Source: a virus. From it: 64,000 nt of DNA. How positions within the stretch are numbered: position 1 is the first letter of the stretch; the number at the start of each line of letters is the position of its first letter. A model generated the notes under the pieces. The model searched no databases and had not been told where the DNA came from. It saw only the letters and a program-made list of their open reading frames with translations. A program made the translations under genes and the position numbers. This document shows, piece after piece, positions 38,814 to 48,560 of this stretch. The stretch lies in IMG/VR virus record IMGVR_UViG_3300037560_000207, positions 117,361 to 181,360 of that record; one strand, 5' to 3'.

Positions 38814-39131
38814 CTATTTTCCTAATTCCACACATTCTAGCAAATCTCTTTGCCAATTATCTCGGGTAATAATCAAAAATTTCAACCCATGTTGTTGGTA
38901 AAATTCCTTTTTTCTCTCTAATTTCGTATCCGCACGAACTTCCATCAAGCCGTCATATTCAACCCATAGCTCATATTCGGGTAGATAGAAATCTGATACA
39001 CTGCGACTCGGTTTCGGCAGATGTTTATGTGATTCATATTCAATATCGTTAGCCAGAAGCCAATCAGCTACTTTTGCTTCAGATCGGGAATCATAAATTT
39101 CGCCATCTAATCCTATTGTTTTTTGCCACAT
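38814..39131 (-). CDS. Small PD-(D/E)XK endonuclease
   Basis: YDSRSEAKVADWL, YE, SDFYLP...LWVEYDG. Confidence 0.75.
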   Translation of the reverse strand: MWQKTIGLDGEIYDSRSEAKVADWLLANDIEYESHKHLPKPSRSVSDFYLPEYELWVEYDGLMEVRADTKLERKKEFYQQHGLKFLIITRDNWQRDLLECVELGK

Positions 39132-39847
39132 AGATCACCTAAAAGTAAAGCAACAAAATGATTGACATAACTATCTTCATGACCTATTGTTTTATGATGA
39201 CATTTATTACACAATGTGATTCCATTATTAACATCAAAAACTTTATCAGGATATTTAGCTTTCATATAAATATGATGAGCGGCTATTGGACATTTTGTTT
39301 TATCGCATAATCTACAAGTATTCTTATCTCGTCGAAATACTGATTTTTGCCAATAGAGATATTCTGGTGTTTTATATAATTGTTGATTTTCTGGTGTTAT
39401 AAAACCCTTCCACTGTTTAATAGAGATGCCTTGGAGCATAGCACTTCTATTTTTCTGAAATTCGCCGGTTTTACACATTTCTCTAACTTTAGCATGAGCT
39501 TTCGACACCGTTCCGTGTTGTTTTTCTCGTTGGATTGCCGCTTGTGAATAGCTTTTAGTTTTTCCTCCATTTGCCAGAATCTTAGCTCTGATAGTCATGG
39601 CCGCTACTCCATATTTGTCAGCTAATGAAAATAAAGTATGACCAGATTCGTATTCTTTTATTACTTGATCCATATTGTCTATGGTCTTAAGTCCAACGGC
39701 AGGTCTTGATTGAAAACTCTTTTTAATTCCACAACTTTTACATCTCGGCCTTAATCTTTTCTGCCTAGAATATCTTATCATTCCACATTCTATACAGATG
39801 TTAATTATGCGGCCATCATTAGTACGTAATATTGGTTTTCTTTTCAT
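39113..39847 (-). CDS. HNH endonuclease with Zn finger and HTH
   Basis: CIEC..CKSC; W..SVF.RD..TC.LC....AAHHI......F...NGITLC.KCH. Confidence 0.88.
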   Translation of the reverse strand: MKRKPILRTNDGRIINICIECGMIRYSRQKRLRPRCKSCGIKKSFQSRPAVGLKTIDNMDQVIKEYESGHTLFSLADKYGVAAMTIRAKILANGGKTKSYSQAAIQREKQHGTVSKAHAKVREMCKTGEFQKNRSAMLQGISIKQWKGFITPENQQLYKTPEYLYWQKSVFRRDKNTCRLCDKTKCPIAAHHIYMKAKYPDKVFDVNNGITLCNKCHHKTIGHEDSYVNHFVALLLGDLCGKKQ

Positions 39848-39852
39848 TTACT

Positions 39853-39868
39853 ACCTTATTATACGTCA
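39853..39868 (-). promoter_or_regulatory. Putative promoter -10 (TGACGTATAATAAGG)
   Basis: Upstream of the 39847 ATG; matches the recurring motif. Confidence 0.5.
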
Positions 39869-39911
39869 AACTCTTCTATCTGTTCGACAAAAACTTTTTT
39901 AATTTCCCAAA

Positions 39912-39953
39912 AATAAAGGGGGCTATGATCGTCGGTCAATCAACACCCCCTCG
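39912..39953 (-). terminator. Intrinsic terminator after 39977 gene
   Basis: Minus strand GGGGG..TGATTG-loop-CGATCA..CCCCC followed by TTTATTTT. Confidence 0.6.
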
Positions 39954-39976
39954 TTTAATCAATAGTGAGATTTCGT

Positions 39977-40618
39977 TTACAAGTATTCCAACTGCACATA
40001 GAGTCCGAAGCTCTCTTTGCTACCAATACTCAATGGAGTTGCCGAAATACAAGTATACCAGTCGTGTCGTGTATCTTCAGTTGATGTACCAGATGGACTT
40101 AGACCACCACTACCTGCACTATACAGTAACGCCACTACAACACCGGAACCAGATGGTGCGACCCATCCAGGATGACTTGCTGGTGCCAATGCAGTACCGC
40201 TAGAACTAACGCCAGAACCACCATTACATACTTGAAGTACTTGAGTTGTAACACCTGTAGCACCATTCGTAATAACTAAACGATCGAAAATACGAAGTTC
40301 ACAATTCTGAGTTTTAACGGCTGGAGTAAACGTAAAACGAATATTCAATGTTCCAGAGTTGATTACTACTGCTGATGGTACAACTACTGCTTCACCATCA
40401 ATGATTACACCAGATGTCCCAGTATCATATTTACAGTTTGTAGCTTGTGGACCCGCTGGAGCACTACCATCACTCGCACTGATGTAGGTACTATCTTGAT
40501 ACTCCCCGACTTGAACCGAAGTTCCAAAAGATGCACCGAAAAAGCCTAATCCTGATGCATTAAGATCAACCCATACACCCGCTCCCTGCCCCGCGTAAAA
40601 ATCAATTGCTGCTGCCAT
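39977..40618 (-). CDS. Putative virion structural protein (paralog of 41542)
   Basis: Shares GLGFFG..FG, LNIRFT, RHDWY...TP...G.K..FG....LEYL with 41542; Ser/Gly-rich; GGGGTGAG RBS region. Confidence 0.65.
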   Translation of the reverse strand: MAAAIDFYAGQGAGVWVDLNASGLGFFGASFGTSVQVGEYQDSTYISASDGSAPAGPQATNCKYDTGTSGVIIDGEAVVVPSAVVINSGTLNIRFTFTPAVKTQNCELRIFDRLVITNGATGVTTQVLQVCNGGSGVSSSGTALAPASHPGWVAPSGSGVVVALLYSAGSGGLSPSGTSTEDTRHDWYTCISATPLSIGSKESFGLYVQLEYL

Positions 40619-40666
40619 ATCTCTCACCCCCTTTCATTTTTTTAAAAACTGACTTTGTCTATTATA

Positions 40667-41461
40667 TTATACACCATTTCCCTTATTTTTGTGGGCGCAA
40701 ATACCACCCAACAAATATTTACTCATATTACAATTATGACAGAGTATCTGTAAATCATCTGGAAAATTGTTATTTATTATCCATTGATTAAAATTAGCAC
40801 CTCTTTTTTTGAGTTTTTTACGATGTTTATTGCCACCTCCATTTATATGATCAATAGCTAAGAACGATCTTTCTTGCTCACTACAACAAGCACATTTGCC
40901 GCCATAGTATTGAATTATTTTATCTCTTAATAATGTTTGTTTTTCATTATAGAGTTGACGATAATCGGATGAAACATACCATTTCATATTTTTGTATATA
41001 CAGATAATACATTTAGTTTTATTTTTGGATAATAATCCTTTTCCGCATACTCCACATAATCCATTAGCGATTTTTTGTTTACGCGATAATATGTCTCTAT
41101 CTCCATATCTCTTAGAACATTTATTACAATAATTTTTAGATGTTAAATTAGATCGCCCACAAGCCATACAAAGTCCGAATTTTTTTCTATCTATTGATGG
41201 TATCCATATATCATCCCTTTTATGATTAGGAGCACTTTTCTCTAAACATTTATTACAAATCTTACGATTATTACAAAATTCTTGACCACAAAGAGGACAT
41301 AACCCCTTATTTCTTCGTCTGGCGATTACAGCTTGTTGATTTTTATTAGCCTTTTGCAAATGATATAAACATAATGTTTTATTAAATTGTGTGGCTTTAC
41401 CGCATAATGTACAAAGATTTTTATTTTTTCTCTCTCGGTATAATTCTTTACTTACAGACAT
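40667..41461 (-). CDS. HNH endonuclease with four tandem N-terminal Zn-finger repeats
   Basis: 4x R..(N/G)LC..CG...C..(C/H); C-terminal YGGKCACC...IDHINGGG...LQILCHNCN. Confidence 0.82.
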   Translation of the reverse strand: MSVSKELYRERKNKNLCTLCGKATQFNKTLCLYHLQKANKNQQAVIARRRNKGLCPLCGQEFCNNRKICNKCLEKSAPNHKRDDIWIPSIDRKKFGLCMACGRSNLTSKNYCNKCSKRYGDRDILSRKQKIANGLCGVCGKGLLSKNKTKCIICIYKNMKWYVSSDYRQLYNEKQTLLRDKIIQYYGGKCACCSEQERSFLAIDHINGGGNKHRKKLKKRGANFNQWIINNNFPDDLQILCHNCNMSKYLLGGICAHKNKGNGV

Positions 41462-41541
41462 TAAAATCTCCTTTTGGCAATAAACCCTTTAGAATAATGT
41501 TTCTTCTAATAATTTATACACCAAAAGGAAAAATATTATCC

Positions 41542-42177
41542 CTATAAATATTCGAGTTCGTAGGTCATCCCAAAGCTCTTATCACCAAGCTGGGTTGGAG
41601 TACAGGTCAAAGCAACATACCAATCGTGTCGAGCACTAAGTTCTTCAAAGCCACCTTCTCTTGCACCATTCAATCCCGGAGAATTCACCACAGCAATGTA
41701 ATTAGAACCAGATGCACTTACGTCTGACCAAGATGCATCACTATAAGCACTTTCAACTGTTTGTAAACGACTTCTATGGCGTATTTCAGCAACATAGAAT
41801 GTTAAATTTTCAGCAGGTTTGTTTTTATTGGCTAAAGAACCGGTAAAACTTCCATCAAAAACCCACAATTTAGCAAATTGACAGTATATAGCAGAACCAT
41901 GAGTAAATCGAATATTAATTGTGGCCAATTCATTTGGCAAATTTTTTAAAGCAATACCAGAACTTTCTTGTCCATGAATAACCCCAGATGCTCCATTATA
42001 TTTATTATTATTACATTCGAAACTTTGAATAGTACCACTTGCATTTGTCACAAATGTATGACCATTATAACTGCCAATAGATATAGCAGCACCAAAACCA
42101 TCATCCCCAAAAAAGCCCAAACCAGAGCTTGTAGGAACAAGGGTATCTTCACCAGCATATAGTTCTAACATTGCCAT
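41542..42177 (-). CDS. Putative virion structural protein (paralog of 39977)
   Basis: See 39977; AAGGAG RBS. Confidence 0.65.
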   Translation of the reverse strand: MAMLELYAGEDTLVPTSSGLGFFGDDGFGAAISIGSYNGHTFVTNASGTIQSFECNNNKYNGASGVIHGQESSGIALKNLPNELATINIRFTHGSAIYCQFAKLWVFDGSFTGSLANKNKPAENLTFYVAEIRHRSRLQTVESAYSDASWSDVSASGSNYIAVVNSPGLNGAREGGFEELSARHDWYVALTCTPTQLGDKSFGMTYELEYL

Positions 42178-42217
42178 CGATTTTTCTCCTTTCGTTTCTT
42201 TATATTATACACATATA

Positions 42218-44308
42218 TTATGGTAGTGACCAAATATAACGCCTTAATTCCTCTAATCTTTGTGTCGGTGGATTTTTAATTTCAAAATGATGAGAAATTG
42301 GTTCGATACGATCATCTGATATGGAAACGGTTATATCCGCTTCAAGATCATCAACAAAAACTTTATTATCTGATAATTGCAAAGCATCTCTTTGATTTAA
42401 ATTTTGTACAATAAATCTAGCTCTAACACAATTACAACCTGGTTTTAAATCCAAAACAGAATTTAATTGAAATGTTGTTTTTTCTTCCCAATTTGGGGGT
42501 TGTCCATAATAACCATAAAAACTTACATCTCCTCCATAATCTATAAATGGTCCATCTCTCCAATACCAAAATCCTGTTTTTTCATTAAATAGATTAACTC
42601 TTTCCGTTGTTCTTTTACTGAATGGTGCAGTTGGATTTCCAATTAATATTTCATCTGTCTGTATATCTGCTGTATCATCAAGCAATAAATCATGCCACTT
42701 TCTATCCCAATTATATTTGTTTGTTACTGAAGTCATAAGAGCAGTCTTTCGTGAAATCCAATCATATCCCCATAATTGCAGAGCTTCTGATCTCAATGGA
42801 TGATTATGCGGATCAAGTCTCCCAGCTCTATCTAATGATCCTGTAACAGATATAGTAACGGAAGAGGATTCTAGTACTGTAATATTAATACATATATCAG
42901 TAATAGAATATACAACAGCAAAATTACATGGAGGATAAGTCAATAATTCATATCTTTGATTAGTAGGGGGAACATAATCTATTGGCACACCTTGCCAATT
43001 TCGAACGTAAGTCCATCTATGACCACCATCATGGTGGTTTGCATCTAAATCTAATCTATGACAACGACCAGTATATCTCATACCTATACTCTGAACTGGA
43101 ATTAGATTTATTACTCCATTCAATTCTGTAAAAGATTTATGTTCATAAGTTGATGTTGTAGAGTTAAATAAATGAAGGTCTTCTCCAGTTAATAATTTTA
43201 TAGCATTAGTTTTATTTAAACGAGTATAACGACTACGTATAAGCGCTGGTACTTCTGTAATTGTTCCTCCATTGCGCACATCTTCAGCAGAAAAATGTAA
43301 TGTATCAAAAGATGTTATTGGTGAAATTAATGCTTGTGAATGATCAGTAATCCCACCAGAAGGCCAAACATTATTTCCGAAATTTTGATTTGGTCCATCC
43401 GGTGGAGGTAAAGGAAACGGAGTTGTTTCGGGTATTAAATTTCCAGCTGTTCCTTCAGGACTATAATCACCCCAAGATTCACTACAGTAATTTACTTTTG
43501 AATTACTTCTATTTGTCCATACATTTTGTGAATATAATTCAATATCACCACCATTTAAATTTGTTAAATTACTGGCATAATTATATAATAAATCAATAAT
43601 ATTATGAAATTGCTCTGATAATCCAAAATACGATGATAGCAATACATTACTAAATAAACCATCAAATGTTATTATTTGTGTAGTAGGAATATACAAATCA
43701 TTTTGATCATGATAATACGAATTACCAGTTAATTCAGGTAACATTCTGTTCCAAAAAGCCTGAGCACCAATTCCAGCAGATTCATCATATGATTGTATTA
43801 ATCTTGGATCATGCAATAATCTATCACTGTCTTCTATCATATGCCCAATTATATATTTACTTGGATTTTCTGTTAAATTTAAAGTATTGATGGTTGTTGT
43901 TCCATTAGTAGTATTGAGAATCACATCATGATCAACAGCCCCATTAAATTCAGATTCTATTGAACAATCCCTTATAGCTTGTAAAATTCTTAAACCACAT
44001 GACATCCTAGCATAAGTATCCATTAAACTAAGAAGATGACCAGGATTATTATAATAAGTACCAGGGTTAGCTTTTCCAATTCCAAGATATTTGTCTTCTT
44101 CCGTTTGTGGTGTATACGGTGTGGGAAATGGAGATATATATAATCGTGGATCATATCCTGACATAATTGGTGTCATTGTCGTCGGAGTTGGATATATGAA
44201 ACTTTGATATCCACCGGCAAAAATATTCATATCTGGTGTAAATGGATGATATCCATGAACCGCTAATAATATTACTGGAGAATTAAATAAGCCTGTTAAT
44301 GATGCCAT
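42218..44308 (-). CDS. Large hypothetical protein, probably tail-associated
   Basis: 696 aa, in the post-tape-measure gene block, beta-rich. Confidence 0.6.
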   Translation of the reverse strand: MASLTGLFNSPVILLAVHGYHPFTPDMNIFAGGYQSFIYPTPTTMTPIMSGYDPRLYISPFPTPYTPQTEEDKYLGIGKANPGTYYNNPGHLLSLMDTYARMSCGLRILQAIRDCSIESEFNGAVDHDVILNTTNGTTTINTLNLTENPSKYIIGHMIEDSDRLLHDPRLIQSYDESAGIGAQAFWNRMLPELTGNSYYHDQNDLYIPTTQIITFDGLFSNVLLSSYFGLSEQFHNIIDLLYNYASNLTNLNGGDIELYSQNVWTNRSNSKVNYCSESWGDYSPEGTAGNLIPETTPFPLPPPDGPNQNFGNNVWPSGGITDHSQALISPITSFDTLHFSAEDVRNGGTITEVPALIRSRYTRLNKTNAIKLLTGEDLHLFNSTTSTYEHKSFTELNGVINLIPVQSIGMRYTGRCHRLDLDANHHDGGHRWTYVRNWQGVPIDYVPPTNQRYELLTYPPCNFAVVYSITDICINITVLESSSVTISVTGSLDRAGRLDPHNHPLRSEALQLWGYDWISRKTALMTSVTNKYNWDRKWHDLLLDDTADIQTDEILIGNPTAPFSKRTTERVNLFNEKTGFWYWRDGPFIDYGGDVSFYGYYGQPPNWEEKTTFQLNSVLDLKPGCNCVRARFIVQNLNQRDALQLSDNKVFVDDLEADITVSISDDRIEPISHHFEIKNPPTQRLEELRRYIWSLP

Positions 44309-44322
44309 TAATCTTTTTTCTC

Positions 44323-46818
44323 CTATGGAATTGGTGGTGCAAAAGTAGGTGGTGTTACTTCAATTTTTGGATAATACACACCTTCTTCCCATACAACATT
44401 TACAATAACTTTTAATCCCAAAGACAAATAACCTGGAGAATCAGATGATTCACCAAGATTAGGAACACTTGTATATGATAAACCAGCACCTGCAACATCA
44501 TAATATGGTCCATCAATGGATTTACCCGTTATTTCCACAATAGCACTAAAATTAGGTGGTGTTTGTTCTATATAAGGAATTTGTGGACCCTCTTCTGTTT
44601 CTCTGAAAAAATTTACAGTAACTTTTGTTCCTATTGGTAAATAACCTGGACTATCAACAGGTTCCGCTAAATTCCGTACATGAGACCACTCAGCGTATGT
44701 TGAAGCAACACCAGCGATAAAACTTTGTGGATCAATATCCCCTATATTAGCTCGACGTATAGCATAATATCCTCCAAATGATCCGATAGATGCTGTAAAA
44801 CCCAAACCTCCTGTCGGCCATTCCCAAGTATATGTTATATCTTTTTGAGCAGGACCACTTAATGTTTTGATTTCTTCATTTATGCTAATATCTTTTTTAT
44901 AAGTTTCTTGTGTCTTACGAAGAAGTTTAAAATATTCATTGATCTTTTTTCTTTCTATTTGCTTAAAATTACCAAGTTCATCAGTATATAAATTCATAGA
45001 ATATCTGGTAGTAATTCTGTTGGCATTAAATTGTGTATTTATATTAGTGATATTAGAACCACCAATAATTATTTGTCCTATATTCACTTTAGGAATATCT
45101 GCAACTTCCAATTGTCCTGTATTTATAATCTGTCGTTCAATTCGTCCGGTTTTTATACGACCTTCTGCAATCCAGTTGAGTTCTCTCATTCCTTGTTCAT
45201 GACTAATACCACGGAAACCATGTTTCCAAGGAACAAGATCACTATCAATCTGGATAATTGTCTTCCCTTTTTGACGAAAACGAGATGGGGTTTGTTTATC
45301 ACTACCCCATGGTCCATAAAATTCACGATTATCAACAAAAGGAATCCATCCATTTCTGATATCAAGACTACAATCTATTTTTTTGGGTTTACCTGGTGTA
45401 TTTGTAATGAATTGTGCCGGTACACTAAGGTCCATAACTACATATTTACCTCTTTGGCTTAAATTGCATAATACATATAAATGACCCATATGTCTAACCA
45501 CACTATTTGAACCAAGTACAGAATCATCCCATTTATTAAGAATACGAGGAAGCTTTAAAAAAGATTTCCATCTACCATCATCAGTACTTAATACAAATAA
45601 TGCTGTCGTATCTAATCCATCTGGAGTATCGTTTTCTTCCCACCAACCAGCAGTTGCACTTTTAACCCATGGAATACCATCAGAATCTAAATATCTATTT
45701 GCTAATTGTAAATAGAATGTTTTTCCCCAATGAGAATTCGCATATCCCTTAAGTGCTGCTAGACGAACCTCTCCTAATACGTTATCTAATTCACCATTTA
45801 ACGCTTTTTTCATTTGATCAGTAGTAGTACTTCTCATACGATAAATATTATATCCAGGGTCTTGATAGGCTGGATTATTTAAAGGCACTGTGCCAGATTG
45901 ATTCCATCCCCAAAATGGTTTTATTTGATCAGAAGAAAGTTGATAAAGTTGTCTCCTAACACCACCTTGTAAAACATTCTTAGTAACCTCATTAGTATTT
46001 TCATGACCATCTTTTCGAAAAATTATTTGATTAGGATGTAATTCTGCTAATGCATCTAAACTTAATGATATAGGATTATCATCCTCATTAACTCTAGATA
46101 CAATTTTAACCTCAATAACAATTGTTTGATCTATCACACTTTTACGATGACATTCAACCCACCATTGATATCCAAATTGCTGACAAACTTCACTAATTAC
46201 TTCTGAAATTGATTTCACAGGACCATCAATCCGAACTGGTATTCCTGTACCTACGTCATCATATGGTAAAACCTCAAGAGCATCAATATTAAGTTCAAAA
46301 ATCTCATTACCATAATATAGAGTAGCTTGATCAAGACTTTCTTTCACATTTGCAAATGGCAAACCATAATCAAAATCATGTTCAGTCGGAATAGAAATGG
46401 TAATAATATTTTCTCCATAATCTATCACGGAATCAATTACACCAGATGCAAGCTGATTAACACCAAAATTATTAGTTTGCCAATTAGTCGCAGGGTTAGT
46501 TATAATAACTGCATTATCCAAAATCATACGACAATCTGTCATTTTAACAGTATAAATTCCAGTACCAGCAACATCAATATTTGTATTTTCCCATGCTTGC
46601 ACAATTCCTAATATATCTAATTCACCAAATTGAACATGCTGAACTGATTGAATATCATTTGAATCAAGAGTAAAATTTTGATCACTTTCTTTAATAACCA
46701 CAACTGTAATAACTGTTGATTGATCATCAAAACCCATTTGCATATTAATACTTTTAAGCGAACATCCGAATAATTTTGTACTTTGCGCACCAATTTGTTC
46801 ATCATATATCACAGACAT
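44323..46818 (-). CDS. Putative tail tip/baseplate hub protein with C-terminal tandem repeat
   Basis: Position after the tape measure; two C-terminal copies of YY...V.NL.E..DSPGYL..G.KV.VN...P.IE.TPP.F. Confidence 0.6.
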   Translation of the reverse strand: MSVIYDEQIGAQSTKLFGCSLKSINMQMGFDDQSTVITVVVIKESDQNFTLDSNDIQSVQHVQFGELDILGIVQAWENTNIDVAGTGIYTVKMTDCRMILDNAVIITNPATNWQTNNFGVNQLASGVIDSVIDYGENIITISIPTEHDFDYGLPFANVKESLDQATLYYGNEIFELNIDALEVLPYDDVGTGIPVRIDGPVKSISEVISEVCQQFGYQWWVECHRKSVIDQTIVIEVKIVSRVNEDDNPISLSLDALAELHPNQIIFRKDGHENTNEVTKNVLQGGVRRQLYQLSSDQIKPFWGWNQSGTVPLNNPAYQDPGYNIYRMRSTTTDQMKKALNGELDNVLGEVRLAALKGYANSHWGKTFYLQLANRYLDSDGIPWVKSATAGWWEENDTPDGLDTTALFVLSTDDGRWKSFLKLPRILNKWDDSVLGSNSVVRHMGHLYVLCNLSQRGKYVVMDLSVPAQFITNTPGKPKKIDCSLDIRNGWIPFVDNREFYGPWGSDKQTPSRFRQKGKTIIQIDSDLVPWKHGFRGISHEQGMRELNWIAEGRIKTGRIERQIINTGQLEVADIPKVNIGQIIIGGSNITNINTQFNANRITTRYSMNLYTDELGNFKQIERKKINEYFKLLRKTQETYKKDISINEEIKTLSGPAQKDITYTWEWPTGGLGFTASIGSFGGYYAIRRANIGDIDPQSFIAGVASTYAEWSHVRNLAEPVDSPGYLPIGTKVTVNFFRETEEGPQIPYIEQTPPNFSAIVEITGKSIDGPYYDVAGAGLSYTSVPNLGESSDSPGYLSLGLKVIVNVVWEEGVYYPKIEVTPPTFAPPIP

Positions 46819-46820
46819 AT

Positions 46821-48548
46821 CTAATCCTCCGTAACAGTATGAATTCTAACACGGGAATATTTACCAGTAATTGAATTCCAAATTTCACGGTCATTCTCCA
46901 AAATATATGATCCAGGCAGCCATGGACTAATAGAAGGAATACCCCCAGCGGTATCCATTATATTAGCAATAGTATTTGTATCTGGCTTCGAATCATGACC
47001 CTCAGAATTATAATTAACAGTAATTTGTTTAGCAGTAGCAGTATTGATTCTTTGAATAATAGGACCAGCAGTACGACCAGGAATAGAAATTTTAGCAGAG
47101 ATAATTTGTGGATAAGCAATCTCGACCATAATATCAACATTATTTTCATCTTTATCAGTCCAAGTCCATGATATTCGAGATGTTCCCTGCGTCTCATTCA
47201 AAGCACTTGATTTGGCGGTATGACTACTTGCAAAAGTAACACCAACAGGTTTTTGTGAACCAATAAGAGTATTTGCCAATATAAGTGCATTTATATCTGA
47301 TGGAATATTACTTCGAGCATTATTGAGTCGTTCTGTCTTAGTATCACCTTTACCTTCTATATCTACATTAAGAATTAGAACGTACACACCATCAGTAGAA
47401 TTATAAGAAAGAGTAGCTTCATTACTTTGAATATAATCAGCATCTTCGCTAGCAGACCAATCAAAAGCAAAAGTAACAATCGCATCCTTTTCATTAATAG
47501 TAATACTTTTCTGTGTCGGAGATGTTGGTATCTCATAATCATCAAGCAATGTACCCAATGCTATTTCTGTCGCAGTTTTGGCTTCATTATTTGTTGGAAT
47601 TGCAGCTTTGGCATTAGAGATGGCAGATGAACCACCAGTTCGTTCTTGATCTTGAAGACCATAAATAACCCCATTATAACTTATATCAATAGCATCATCT
47701 TCAGCCCGGTAAATTATATTAAATGATTTCTCGATATATGTTGCTGCTGTTTCTCCAGGACCAGCTTCTCGAATTGTCCAAATTTCAGTAACAGCATAAC
47801 TACCATTTCGTTCTGCAATATGGATATTCTTTATATAACCACCATTAACCCAATTTGTAAAACCAGTAGTATATGTTACAAAATTACTATCTGGTGTACC
47901 AACAATTCGAGCATCACACCAATTTTTAGCATTTGACCAAGCCTGAGTTTCATTACCTGTTACTTCCTCAAAAGTAAGTATCCCCTTAGCACTAACAATG
48001 TGACTAATTTCATATACTTTACCGTCGTGCCCAGTAATTTCATTAAACTGCCATTCTTCGGATACATCCTGAAGACCAGAAGCATCAAAGATATCCTCGT
48101 CAATAATGCCAGTCAAATATTCAGCTTCAAGTTCAATATGATATTCACAACGATCAGCCCATTGCCCTTCTGGGAAATCAATTGATCGAATTTTTGGGCG
48201 ACATTTAACTGGTGAAGCTGCCCCACCATACCATTCAAGCACTTTACCATCTTCTCTAAATAACCAACGCAAAGCTTCCTGTTTACGTTCTAAACGAACA
48301 AATGGCGTATCTCCACCAACATAAGTTTCATCTGGTGGATAACCACCAATTGTCCAGAAAGCATTGGATGGATCACCTAAAGTATAGCCACCACTTGGAG
48401 AACCCCGAAATGGCAAAAGTGTTCCAGCTAATGAAATATCATATGCCACACCGTGTCTTTTCCCATCATTCGCAGCACGATAAACTTTGGTTATTGTGAT
48501 TAACGGCGCTGGAATAATCGCTTTATTATCATATACAACAGAAGCCAT
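46821..48548 (-). CDS. Putative tail protein with internal repeated domains
   Basis: Recurring strand-helix-strand units (e.g. YIEKSFNI/YIQSNEAT ... A.SNA ... NE....V....W). Confidence 0.6.
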   Translation of the reverse strand: MASVVYDNKAIIPAPLITITKVYRAANDGKRHGVAYDISLAGTLLPFRGSPSGGYTLGDPSNAFWTIGGYPPDETYVGGDTPFVRLERKQEALRWLFREDGKVLEWYGGAASPVKCRPKIRSIDFPEGQWADRCEYHIELEAEYLTGIIDEDIFDASGLQDVSEEWQFNEITGHDGKVYEISHIVSAKGILTFEEVTGNETQAWSNAKNWCDARIVGTPDSNFVTYTTGFTNWVNGGYIKNIHIAERNGSYAVTEIWTIREAGPGETAATYIEKSFNIIYRAEDDAIDISYNGVIYGLQDQERTGGSSAISNAKAAIPTNNEAKTATEIALGTLLDDYEIPTSPTQKSITINEKDAIVTFAFDWSASEDADYIQSNEATLSYNSTDGVYVLILNVDIEGKGDTKTERLNNARSNIPSDINALILANTLIGSQKPVGVTFASSHTAKSSALNETQGTSRISWTWTDKDENNVDIMVEIAYPQIISAKISIPGRTAGPIIQRINTATAKQITVNYNSEGHDSKPDTNTIANIMDTAGGIPSISPWLPGSYILENDREIWNSITGKYSRVRIHTVTED

Positions 48549-48560
48549 TTTTTTTCTCCC

